The notes under the pieces: model-generated
Told to the model about the DNA's origin: nothing
Databases searched by the model: none
Seen by the model: only the letters and a program-made list of their open reading frames with translations
Part shown: positions 1-13,382 of the stretch, one piece after another
How positions within the stretch are numbered: position 1 is the first letter of the stretch
Layout: every line of letters starts with the position of its first letter
Program-made: the position numbers and the translations under genes
Source: Octopus vulgaris
Taxonomy: Eukaryota
Reading direction: 5' to 3'
Length of the DNA stretch: 64,000 nucleotides
Assembly: GCA_951406725.2 (NCBI GenBank)
Contig: OX597822.1
Span: 111,104,001-111,168,000, forward strand

Positions 1-134
1 CATTCACCTCATCAATGTCTTTGTCCAACCCGCAAGCTACTCTTATCATGGCTTAAATGGCAAAAGTTTTGAAATAAAGTAGTAGGATGTTGGTGGAATC
101 CTCTTAAATGGTCAAGTGCCCTAAAAGTAATCTC

Positions 135-1859
<1,725 letters not shown>

Positions 1860-2025
1860 ACATATATATATACATCTGCCAATCTGTCTGTTTTATCTGT
1901 CTGTCTTTCTGTCTGATTCATTGTCTATGTATGTATGTATGTATGTATGTATGTATGTATGTATGTATGTATAGATGTATGTATGCATGTATTTACCTAT
2001 CTATCTATCTATCTATCTATCTATA

Positions 2026-2058
<33 letters not shown>

Positions 2059-2196
2059 GTCTGTATGTCTGTGTGTGTTTGCGTCTACATTTATGTATAT
2101 GTGTGTGTAAATATATATATTTGTATATATAAATATAGTTATTCGCTTATATGCTCCACCCCAGAGGTTGCGGCCATGCCGGATATATACATATAT

Positions 2197-2307
<111 letters not shown>

Positions 2308-2403
2308 ATAAAACGGTAAGATAACAAAAGAAAGAAAGAGACCTCAATATTATGTAAATAGAGGAAATTTATCTATACAATATGTTACATTACTCGGTAG
2401 TCA

Positions 2404-2466
2404 AGATAAAACTCTGAGTTTCAGATGCCGAAGTGGAAATCCACAACACCATCTCTTCGGTTATCT
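2404..2466 (-). ncRNA. Minimal type I hammerhead-like motif (mirror of 3236-3298)
   Basis: Reverse complement of 3236-3298. Confidence 0.55.
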
Positions 2467-3235
2467 GGCTATTTGAAAACGTTATGAAAAAATACCGTTA
2501 AAAATGAAGGGAAATTACTCTGTTATAACTCTGCTTTGCCTGCGTACTTATACATCGCTCGCATTTTTCGTCATAAAAATTATATAAAAATACATAAAAA
2601 TATATAAAAATATATAAAAATATATAAAATCTTCTTGGGACATAACACAGAAAGCATGTTCTATCCGTTTTCTTTAGGGGACCAAAAACGTAACAGAAAT
2701 TTAGTCACATGTGGGCATGATCCGAAAAGCTCTGTCCTTGTATTTAGACATGTGGTAGGGTCTAAGCTGCTTTTCCAGATAAGCCATCTCTCCATGTCGC
2801 ATAAACCGCACCTTCCGCTGCCGTTAGTATAGGGCTTACATCTGGCCAAAATCTTCCATTGTATAAGCCCTATACTAACGGCAGCGGAAGGTGCGGTTTA
2901 TGCGACATGGAGAGATGGCTTATCTGGAAAAGCAGCTTAGACCCTACCACATGTCTAAATACAAGGACAGAGCTTTTCGGATCATGCCCACATGTGACTA
3001 AATTTCTGTTACGTTTTTGGTCCCCTAAAGAAAACGGATAGAACATGCTTTCTGTGTTATGTCCCAAGAAGATTTTATATATTTTTATATATTTTTATAT
3101 ATTTTTATGTATTTTTATATAATTTTTATGACGAAAAATGCGAGCGATGTATAAGTACGCAGGCAAAGCAGAGTTATAACAGAGTAATTTCCCTTCATTT
3201 TTAACGGTATTTTTTCATAACGTTTTCAAATAGCC

Positions 3236-3298
3236 AGATAACCGAAGAGATGGTGTTGTGGATTTCCACTTCGGCATCTGAAACTCAGAGTTTTATCT
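3236..3298 (+). ncRNA. Minimal type I hammerhead-like motif, U4C variant, in the PLE 3' UTR
   Basis: Stem I AGATAA/TTATCT; core CCGAAGA; stem II GATG/CATC; GAAA; near-palindromic stem III ACTCAGAGT; GUU site. Confidence 0.55.
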
Positions 3299-3327
3299 TG
3301 ACTACCGAGTAATGTAACATATTGTAT

Positions 3328-3369
<42 letters not shown>

Positions 3370-3424
3370 TTATAGAAGGAGTTCTACAGGACTAGAACTG
3401 TTTCATTCAAAAGAAATCATCAGG

Positions 3425-3473
3425 GCTTCCTGATGATTTCTTTTGAATGAAACAGTTCTAGTCCTGTAGAAGC
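3425..3473 (+). ncRNA. Type I hammerhead ribozyme
   Basis: Stem I GCTTC/GAAGC; CTGATGA 3430-3436; short stem II TTC-TTTT-GAA; GAAA; stem III ACAG/CTGT; GUA site, cleavage predicted after 3468. Confidence 0.75.
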
Positions 3474-3550
3474 ACCTTCTATAAAATAAATTAATTTACT
3501 CTGCTATGTATTGAGTACCTTACTTACTGTGGTTAACCCCGACTCAACCC

Positions 3551-3589
<39 letters not shown>

Positions 3590-4264
3590 ATACACACACA
3601 TACATATGCGGGACTCGAATTGGTATAATGTTTATTTATTACGCTACTGAGCTTCTGCATGTCTGTACATGTGTATATACTCATCCCATGAAGCTATATT
3701 AACATAAAAGATACATTAATGAAATCACCGAAAATATAATATTGCCTTTAATGAAAAGACCATATTATTAGGCAACAAGACAGTTTTGGGGCCTAATAAA
3801 GAGGGCATGCTCTAATGTTTATGTTCTGTTCGACTGGTTTGATGTTTTCATAGATATAAATGGTAATATAAGTCGGAATCAATCTATGACAAGCTAGCAC
3901 ATCGAAACCTGGGTTTAGTCAAGTGCAACGCGTTAGATCACACACCGTCATAGTCTACAGTCAACTTGTTCAAAGGTTAGATGTGGTTTTAGTTGTTTTG
4001 TATTCACGGAGTATAATAGTATTATTGGCTTTTACATAGTATTTAATTTCACTGTCTAATGGTTAAATTTATTGATTATATTCTATGCTAACAGATGCGA
4101 GACGGCACATGGGCTGCATGTTTAAAGAAGTATGTAACGTATATTTCTACTAAGGATTATTATTACTTCTCCCAAGAATAACTCCAGTATCGATTCTGAA
4201 AAGAACACACACACACACACACACACAGGGTCACACACGCGCGTGTGCGTGCGCGCACCACACC

Positions 4265-4312
4265 GTCTCCATTGAAGGGATATAATAAATATCCTGAAAA
4301 CAGCTGTAAGAC
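4265..4312 (+). ncRNA. Degenerate type I hammerhead motif
   Basis: Stem I GTCT/AGAC; stem II GGATAT/ATATCC; GAAA; palindromic ACAGCTGT then A; core decayed to CCATTGA. Confidence 0.5.
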
Positions 4313-5042
4313 CTATTTATAAATGCTCTAAAATCTTCACAGATTTGAGTTTTTTTATCTCATTTTGAAAACTAATTTTTTATATATAACTTATATATAT
4401 ATATGTATGCATATATATATATATATATATATTGTTGCTGTCCGAATGCGTAAAGCAATTTACTAATAAGAACTTCAAGTAGAATTTCCAAACATTTTCC
4501 TTATTCTTTTCAGCAACATATATTAAGAGTTATCTTGAAATAAACAAAAGTAAATGGATTTAACCAGATTATATACATTTGTAACTCGATTCGTGAATCA
4601 TTTATAAAGTATATTGCGTAATTTTTATATATTTCTTTCGAATTATTTCACTTGTAAAGTTTATCTATAGACTGAAGCTTCAACATTTACGAGGCCGTGT
4701 TGGAGAATTCTTGGCTTTGGTTTAGATAACTCGGAAGGTGGGACCTCCAGCCAGGCCTTTTGCCATACTCTTAAAACTTGGAACTTTTCGGCACTTCTCA
4801 TACTGTTTTATGGAATTGGAATTTTTTATTGTATGTGTAAATAGATAACATTGTAATTTTAAATAGTTCGAGTTTATGTCATACTGATTCCTTGCATTTT
4901 CTTGCATTCTAAACTGCGTAAATTCCGCCTATTCTTCCAAAATACATCTGCTAAATTTTCTACAACATACATACATACATACATATATGTGTAAGCATTT
5001 ACATATATATATATATCCACACACACAGACACAAACACAATA

Positions 5043-5610
5043 GCAGCGTGGAAGGTGTTTATAAGACATTTTAAAAACACTCAAAAAACGTTACATTCAC
5101 TTCAACATTTACATTTAATTTGCCAAAATATTTTCGTCGCTTTGTGACCGCGAGATATTCACTGATAAAATGCAGAACGGTATTTTGTCAGCGAGCTGGC
5201 AGGATCGTTAGCATGCCGGGCGAAATGCGTAGCCGTATTTCGTCTGCCGTTACGTTCTGAGTTCAAATTCCGCCGAGGTCGACTTTGCCTTTCATCCTTT
5301 CGGGGTCGATAAATTAAGTACCAGTTACGCACTGGAGTCGATGTAATCGACTTAATCCGTGTGTTTGTCCTTGTTTGTCCCCTCTATGTTTATCCCCTTG
5401 TGGGTAGTAAAGAAATAGGTATTTTGTCAGCGAACATGTCGCGGTCACAAAAGGACGAATATATTTTGGGAATTTAAATTTTGAAGTGAATCGAACGGTT
5501 TTTGAGTGTTTTTAAATGACTTATAAACACCTTACACGCTGCAATTGTTTTTGTTTCAGCACACATTATCAGATCAGGTCACTTGCTATTTAAGTACATC
5601 TCCGTAATAT
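5043..5610. mobile_element. Head-to-head inverted short element with a hammerhead-like motif in each arm, interrupted by a SINE
   Basis: 5043-5170 is the imperfect reverse complement of 5422-5542. Motifs at 5120-5168 (-) and 5424-5472 (+). Confidence 0.65.
5191..5417 (+). mobile_element. tRNA-derived SINE family B with a 16-bp target-site duplication
   Basis: GAGTTCAAATTCC B box. The central GCCTTTCATCCTTTCGGGGTCGATAAA..GTACCAG resembles the MetaSINE domain (recalled). TSD GGTATTTTGTCAGCGA at 5179-5194 and 5418-5433. Confidence 0.85.
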
Positions 5611-6176
5611 ATATATTACGCTGGACTTAGACTTACCCCATTGTTGATCATATGTGAGACTCTCGGTATTAATTTCTGTGAGTAAATTTTTCTTTAGCAC
5701 TCTACGATAATTGCTTACTTTTACTCCGTCAACATAGGTACTGATCTTTGATAATCATGTTAGTATTTTCTTATATATAGTTTCTTGAGAACTTTTTTTA
5801 AACATCCTGAACCCTCACTTCAAATTGCTACTATCCGTAAATGAATTGTTGTATTCCCTAGACCATTACTAGCTCACACTTTTATTTACCGACCCGGTAG
5901 CCTCTGAGGGTAAATTATTTACTTTTAACATATTGGGCTTCTAGAATATTTGTCTTAGCCATGTTTTCTTACCTCTTCCTTCTCCCATTTGTTTATATTG
6001 TATGCTCTTGTTTTTCACTCTGATGAAGATCCGTTGCCTTAACTTGAATGCCCTATGAAGATAAAGAACATTATTCTCGCATTTATGTATAGACTGCATC
6101 TTGGGAATATGATCACTAACAGCCGTACGTTATGTTACGTCACCTATTTTGTTATGTCATGCATTGTATTAAAAAA

Positions 6177-7248
6177 TCTAGATATATAAAACTCTAGTTG
6201 TGTGAGTGTCTGTCCCCTTCGATTTAGATTCCTAACTACTCCCACATTTTGCGGTGCAGTTTAACCAAATTCGGGTATCTTATAGTCGTGATTCATATCG
6301 AGCCCGTCTGGCTATTAGCGCGCGTCAACAATGAGTCTACGATTTTAAAAATAAACTATGTCATATGAATGATGTATTTTCAATTGGTTTGTACAATTAA
6401 TCTAAGAATAACGTCGAACAACATTCATGGATGATACAAAGGAAGAGAAATTTAAATTCGAAAATTAATATTGGTTTCAAATTTTGGCACAAGGCCATCA
6501 TTTTCGTAGAAGCTGGGTACTTGTTAGCATCGAATCCAGTGCTCATATGGTATATATTTTTTTGACCCCGAAAGAATGAAAGGCAAAGTTGACCTCGTCG
6601 GAATTTAATCTCAAAACGTAAAACGGTAAAAAAAAAAAGGACGCTAAGCTTGGTCCTCCGGCGTGCTAACAATTCCGCCAATTCGCCGCTTCAAAGAATT
6701 AATGTTGCCATTTATTTATATTCTAATACTCCTGATTTCTAGTCCGGAGAGTTAGCAAAAGAACCAGAAATGTTCTAACAAAGAATAAGAGCCTGTCATA
6801 AAAACAATCCTTTCCTACAAATCTATGGGTTCGTGATTATGAAAGGAGCTACACAATGGTATTAATTGGATACAGTTTTTGCATTTAATAAGTTGGTTCA
6901 TTATTGCTATTGAAAGTCCGCTAGCGAGGATGTTATATTTTGTTCCATCGTTAAAGTGATATTACCAAAGCTGTACCAAATATCGTTATATTTTTATGAG
7001 TGTTTAAAACGGAAGAATTATTTAAAAATAAAGCTCGATTTAAACATGCGTTAGAATTATTACTGTTGTCTGCAGTGTCTTTAGAAAATAGGTAACATAC
7101 TGACACGTGAAAAAAAACTAACACACAAATATTCTCTCTCATTCCCTCTCTCTTTCTGTCTCTCACTCTCCCTCTCTCATTCACACACACAAACACATAC
7201 ACACGTACATTCTCTCACTAGCAATATGTATATATATATATATGTATG

Positions 7249-7285
<37 letters not shown>

Positions 7286-7660
7286 TTACACACACATATA
7301 TATAGCTTGCAGGAGAGTGTAAGCCATACACATACACGTACACACACATTAAAATGCATAATTTTTCGTGTGTCGATGGCGGCGGAGTTGGCGTCCATGG
7401 TCACACCTGCACCTGTTTGCTTCTCCCCCTTCTTCCCTCCCTCGTGAAGCTGTGGGGAAGGGAGTGTAAAGAAATCAACGTCGTAATGCGTTGTCAAGGA
7501 GACCAGCGTTCTTTTAGAACAACGACTTCGTGGCTTGAAGACACCAAAACAGAAATGGCTAAGAAAGCCCGAATTGGCATCTATAAGGGAAGTAACTCTC
7601 TAAAATGCTTATATAGTTATTTCCCTTACAAACCCGAGCAACGCCGGGCGATACTGCTAG
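6177..7660 (+). mobile_element. Non-autonomous Helitron containing a 1-kb insertion
   Basis: A|TC 5' end, subterminal hairpin CCCGAGCAACGCCGGG and CTAG|T 3' end. Termini match copies at 24179-24473 and 39674-40067. Confidence 0.8.
6351..7348 (-). repeat. Inverted duplicate of 8601-9617
   Basis: Near-identical reverse complement; ORFs 6397..6681(-)/9287..9571(+) and 6951..7202(-)/8787..9017(+) mirror each other. Confidence 0.95.
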
Positions 7661-7888
7661 TAAGCTATAAATGTGGTCCAAGCGATGTGTTGGTTAATCT
7701 GTAGTTTTTTTTTCCATTTTCTAATTATAAGTATGTATATATATATACTTAATAAATAGGGTTCAGCTAATCTTTGCTGAACCCTATTTATTAAATATTA
7801 CTTATGTTTACCATGAAATGGTCCTTTTTTCATGCTGAATTCTGCTTGGTGAAATTATTGATTAATTCTTAATTAATTAATTTTACCC

Positions 7889-7966
<78 letters not shown>

Positions 7967-8663
7967 CATTGGGATGCGACTCTATTATATACTGTTTTCT
8001 CTCCCTTTTTTTCTAATTCCCTTTTTCTTCCCTTCACCATTTTATATTTGTCTCTCGCCCCCCTTTCTCCTTATCTCTCTCTCTTGTTGCTCACACGTGA
8101 TCATCGTCCATCTTTCGTTTCCTCGCGTGATCATCTTTCTTTTTCTTTAGGACTGTCATATGGATTGGAGGTATTCTATCTTTCTCTTCTACCTTTTCTC
8201 TTTTCAAAGAAAATATTCCTCCAGAGTTCGCTATTTTACCCTCGTTCTGCTCTAACGAACCTCCATGTTTGTTCTCGCTCCGTTTCCTTTTATGTTCTGT
8301 TTTTGTTTCCTAATTTCACCCTTCATAAATCCAAAATTTTATTTTGTTACTTATAGGAGCAACTGTCTTCGAAGGCTCGTATTGTCGTTGAAGGTTCGAA
8401 ATGATAAGTAGATACAAACCCGACAACTGATGAGGGGTCGTTTGTTGTGTTACTCGTTCTGTTTTCCATGTGACTCTTTCGTTGTTTGCGTATTGAACTC
8501 ATTTGTTTTCGTATTTCGTGTTGATTACTGTTTCTGACATCCTGTACCCATATACCCATATCTGCTTGTGTGTGTATATATATATGCGTTTGTGTGTGTG
8601 TGTGTGTGTACGTGTATGTGTATGGCTTACACTCTCCTGCAAGCTATATATATGTGTGTGTAA

Positions 8664-8743
<80 letters not shown>

Positions 8744-9277
8744 TGCTAGTGAGAGAATGTACGTGTGTATGTGTTTGTGTGTGTGAATGAGAGAGGGAGA
8801 GTGTGAGAGACAGAAAGAGAGAGGGAATGAGAGAGAATATTTGTGTGTTATTTTTTTTCACGTGTCAGTATGTTACCTATTTTCTAAAGACACTGCAGAC
8901 AACAGTAATAATTCTAACGCATGTTTAAATCGAGCTTTATTTTTAAATAATTCTTCCGTTTTAAACACTCATAAAAATATAACGATATTTGGTACAGCTT
9001 TGGTAATATCACTTTAACGATGGAACAAAATATAACATCCTCGCTAGCGGACTTTCAATAGCAATAATGAACCAACTTATTAAATGCAAAAACTGTATCC
9101 AATTAAGACCATTGTGTAGCTCCTTTCATAATCACGAACCCATAGATTTGTAAGAAAGGATTGTTTTTATGACAGGCTCTTATTCTTTGTTAGAACATTT
9201 CTGGTTCTTTTGCTAACTCTCCGGACTAGAAATCAGGAGTATTAAAATATAAATAAATGGCAACATTAATTCTTTGA

Positions 9278-9500
9278 AGCGGTGAATTGGCGGAATTGTT
9301 AGCACGCCGGAGGACCAAGCTTAGCGTCCTTTTTTTTTTTACCGTTTTACGTTTTGAGATTAAATTCCGACGAGGTCAACTTTGCCTTTCATCCTTTCGG
9401 GGTCAAGAAAATACATACCATATGAGCACTGGATTCGATGCTAACAAGTACCCAGCTTCTACGAAAATGATGGCCTTGTGCCAAAATTTGAAACCAATAT
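9278..9500 (+). mobile_element. Diverged SINE family B (duplicated at ~6470-6690, minus)
   Basis: GGCGGAATTGTTAGCACGCCGG head; CTTTGCCTTTCATCCTTTCGGGGTC core. Confidence 0.7.
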
Positions 9501-10999
9501 TAATTTTCGAATTTAAATTTCTCTTCCTTTGTATCATCCATGAATGTTGTTCGACGTTATTCTTAGATTAATTGTACAAACCAATTGAAAATACATCATT
9601 CATATGACATAGTTTATATGGTTTTCTACGAACGGTATTTGTTTAAGAGTAAATTCCTCAGAATACACGAGTCTATACACAGTAGAAACATTCAGCTGCT
9701 ACTTCTGTCATTTCAGTAGAAAAATGTAGCTGATACAGTAGAGAAATGTAGTTGCTATTTCTAGCATTTCATCTGCCACATAGATATCAACCCCTTGACT
9801 CGGTGTGTCTCGTTTACTCCAGTCGAAATGAATTAATATAGAATTTAAATGGTAAATTCTTTCTAAATTCAGTTCTTGCCCAGTTTCCACGTTTCACAAA
9901 TGCTTCTAATAAGCTAGAGTGGTAACATAAATGGCAAGGAATTTGGCTAACGATTTGAAACACAACATTAATTACATAAGGCAGTATAGTCTTCCTCGGT
10001 TCTAATCTTGCAAGACTCGATTTTACTTTCCATTCTTCTTGGATCGATATAGTGTAAGTAACTTAAATATATCTAAAGTCGATTGAATTCTTTCCTCCCT
10101 TAGCCAATAAATCAATAACAGCTGACGATGCGAAATAATTATCCGCTTCTGTATGCTGGACCAGTCTCTTTGTGTCGTGTTTGACAATGTTTTCACTAGG
10201 AGATGCAAGTGAACATTATATACGAATGTGTAGTGTGATTAGAGTTCAAATATAGAACCTGATGTTAAATTATCGTGGGTCTTGTTTCATTGAAACCAAA
10301 TACAATATATTTTCTTTTGTTTGTATGCGTAGGCGGCAACATACGATGTGGAACCACACGCATCCAATTTACTGCGCGGATAAAGTCATATACCTACATC
10401 TACACATGTATGTACACATTCTCATACATACACATACGCGCTCACTGGTACGTTGATATTCGAATACTCCTAAATAGAATCTAGGATAACAGATACCTTA
10501 AATTTAATTACAATTAATCAATAAATGTTGGTGCAATCCGAATAAAAAATAATTCCATTTCATTGTATTGCAGTGTATTTTATTCTATATTTACTTTAGA
10601 TAACCCACTTTTCTGGGGTTTTTTTTACAATTGCATTTATGTTAACTTATAGCGGTTCATGTTCTGTTCGTGCTACAAATTCATTGAGAACCCCCCGCCC
10701 CCATCTAAACTACAAAATAGATACGATGAAATCGAATTATCATTGATTATATACAAATATCTTTCATGCATAATCGGTTACCAAAATTCACTGATGCCTC
10801 TTCCAAATAATTACTGCCAAACTTACCAATTTTGACCAAACTAGAACTCCCTACTTGTGTTCAATGATGATATTCTTTACAACTTAAAATTTTACTACCT
10901 TTTATGAAAAGTTCTTGTATGTAGTATTCCTCCTTTTTAATCATTTAAAACATCTAAATATCGCCAAGCATTATTCAAGCCTGTAAATAAATAATAGTA

Positions 11000-12240
11000 T
11001 CAGATCATCCCATAAGTTCAGTCCGAATTTTTAATGAAGAAAACAAGTGATCAAATGTTATATTTAATTGAAATTTAATCATCAATGTACTTTCCCTGAT
11101 TATCTATGACTTCCTTCCATCTATTTACAAGCTTTCTAATCCCATCAATGTAAAACTCTTTTGGTTTCAAAGCGAAGAACTCTGAAATGTCAGTTTCGAC
11201 CTCTTCCTGGTTTGCGAAAGTTATGTCCCCCAAATGATTCTGTAAACTACGAAACAAATGGTAGTCTGAAGGAGCAAGGTAGATGAGGAAGGTTTTCCCA
11301 ACGAAGCTCTTCGATCTTCTGTGATGTAATCTTTGCAGTGTGTGGTCGCGCAGTGTCCTGATGAAACATCACAACTTTTCGATTTACTAAAGCAGTTTTT
11401 TTTTCTTCAAAGCTTGTTTCAGACGCTCTAATTCCTGACTGTAGACTGGAGCATTGATTGTTTCATTAGGTGGTAACAATTCAGAGTGAATTACTCCTCT
11501 TCAATCCCACCAGATAGAGAGAATAATCTTTTTCCAGTGAAGTTCTCTTCTCGGTTGAGGTTGAGCTTTTTCCCTTTTACCAAGCCACTGTTTACGATGT
11601 TTAACATTTCGATAGAAGATCCATTTTTCGTCACTAATCACAAGTCTATCGAAAAAGGGTGAAATGAGTTCGCGAGAATGGAGAGAAGAGCAGATGTCAA
11701 TTCGGAATATGCAGTTGTTTTCGGACAATTCATGAGGCACCCATTTTCCATGTTTAGGAACCTTTCCAAGTTGTTGAAGATAACGATGAACAGTTGTATG
11801 GTTTGAACTAAGCTTTATTGCCAATTCTTCAATTGATAATGCAGAATTTTCTTCATGTAATGCCTCAAGGAGCTTATCGTCAAACTGAACTGGACGCCCT
11901 TTTCCATCTACATCTCCAAGGCTCAAATCCCCACTTATAAATTTTGCAAACCATCCTCTGCAGGTTCTTTCATTCAAGCATTCTTTCCCGTAAACTGAGT
12001 GTATGTTTTGAGTCGCTTTGGTTGCAGAGTTTTCTTTTTTGCACTCTTAAAACATTATGTGCCTCAAATGCTCTTTGGATACTACCATGTTAGAAAGTCT
12101 GTAAAATAATATTTAATTAGTCTAAATGTACACAAATGCATAAAAATAATTTTTAAATCCATTAGACATTCTAAAATACTATTAAATTTCATTCAGTTTT
12201 AAAAAAGGTAAAATTGGACAGAACTTATGGGATAACATGA
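11000..12240 (-). mobile_element. Near full-length mariner DNA transposon
   Basis: Imperfect TIRs TCAGATCATCCCATAAGTTCAGTCC / GGACAGAACTTATGGGATAACATGA flanked by TA; about 1.24 kb. Confidence 0.9.
11075..12088 (-). pseudogene. Mariner transposase, disrupted by stops and frameshifts
   Basis: WVPHEL, SDEKW, HQDTARPH and LAPSDYHLFRSLQ motifs; ORFs 11501..11977 and 11075..11257. Confidence 0.9.
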
Positions 12241-12963
12241 TATAAAGGAATGGAATTTTAAATTCAGAGATATAATATAGTTACTTCTTCATAACATAGT
12301 ACACCTGGTTTCCAAATTTTCTCTTAATTGGGTTAATTATAGTTCTAAGTTTCAAATGATATACATTTCAATATTAAACATATCGATGCATATACACTCT
12401 GACAGTTCCATATTATTTATTTACTACCGAGAAGTACTGCGTCATGAGCTGTAATATATTATGAATGTCCTTCAAATGTACACACTACTTGTTTCTAATC
12501 TAAACAATAGTATTGTTTTATAGATGTGATTATTTGCTTACCCTAAAGCTTATGTGTGAAGACACATTAAAATATTGTACACACAGCTCTCTAAGCAAAA
12601 TAACTTGTATTGTTCAAATTGTTGCAAATACCATCTCTGCTGTGTTTGTTTAGTAGCGACAAGGTTATAAAAAAGTATTAGTAAACCTGTCACTGCTTTC
12701 ATTCGTGATGTATTGTGAATTTTATAATAATAGTTTATTACTATTAGCAAAATTAAATGCACCGTATTATTACTAGTTATGTTATCATGTAAGAAATTGC
12801 TACCTAGTCAATTTTGAATGTAAAAGACGTAAAAAGTAAACTAAATACCTGAAGGCATTTATTGGGACCGTGCAGAAGTTGGGCTAAAATTGCTGTAAAA
12901 ATTAAATGCATGGCTGTTTAGTAGATTGTGATTTGTAATTATGATAGATGTATTAAAATCAAA

Positions 12964-13135
12964 TAGGCGCAGGAGTGGCTGTGTGGTAAGTAGCTTGCTA
13001 ACCAACCACATGGTTCCGGGTTCAGTCCCACTGCGTGGCATCTTGGGCAAGTGTCTTCTGCTATAGCCCCGGGCCGACAATGCCTTGTGAGTGGATTTGG
13101 TAGACGGAAACTGAAAGAAGCCTGTCGTATATATG

Positions 13136-13172
<37 letters not shown>

Positions 13173-13382
13173 TTGTGTGTCTGTATTTGTCCCCCTAGCT
13201 TTGCTTGACAACCGATGCTGGTGTGTTTACGTCCCCGTCACTTAGCAGTTCGGCAAAAGAGACCGATAGAATAAGTACTGGGCTTACAAAGAATAAGTCC
13301 CGGGGTCGATTTGCTCGACTAAAGGTGGTGCTCCAGCATGGTCGCAGTCAAATGGCTGAAACAAGTAAAAAGAGTAAAAGAG
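12964..13382 (+). mobile_element. tRNA-derived SINE family A (CORE-like segment, internal TA/TG microsatellite)
   Basis: TGGCTGTGTGG A box, GGTTCAGTCCC B box, CTTGGGCAAGT core and GTAAAAGA tail repeats; over 10 copies in the window. Confidence 0.9.

Noticed and set aside
6015-6130. CTGATGAAGATC...GATCACTAACAGCCGTA as a long-stem-II hammerhead
   Set aside because: GAAA and stem I are missing; at best an unprovable relic.
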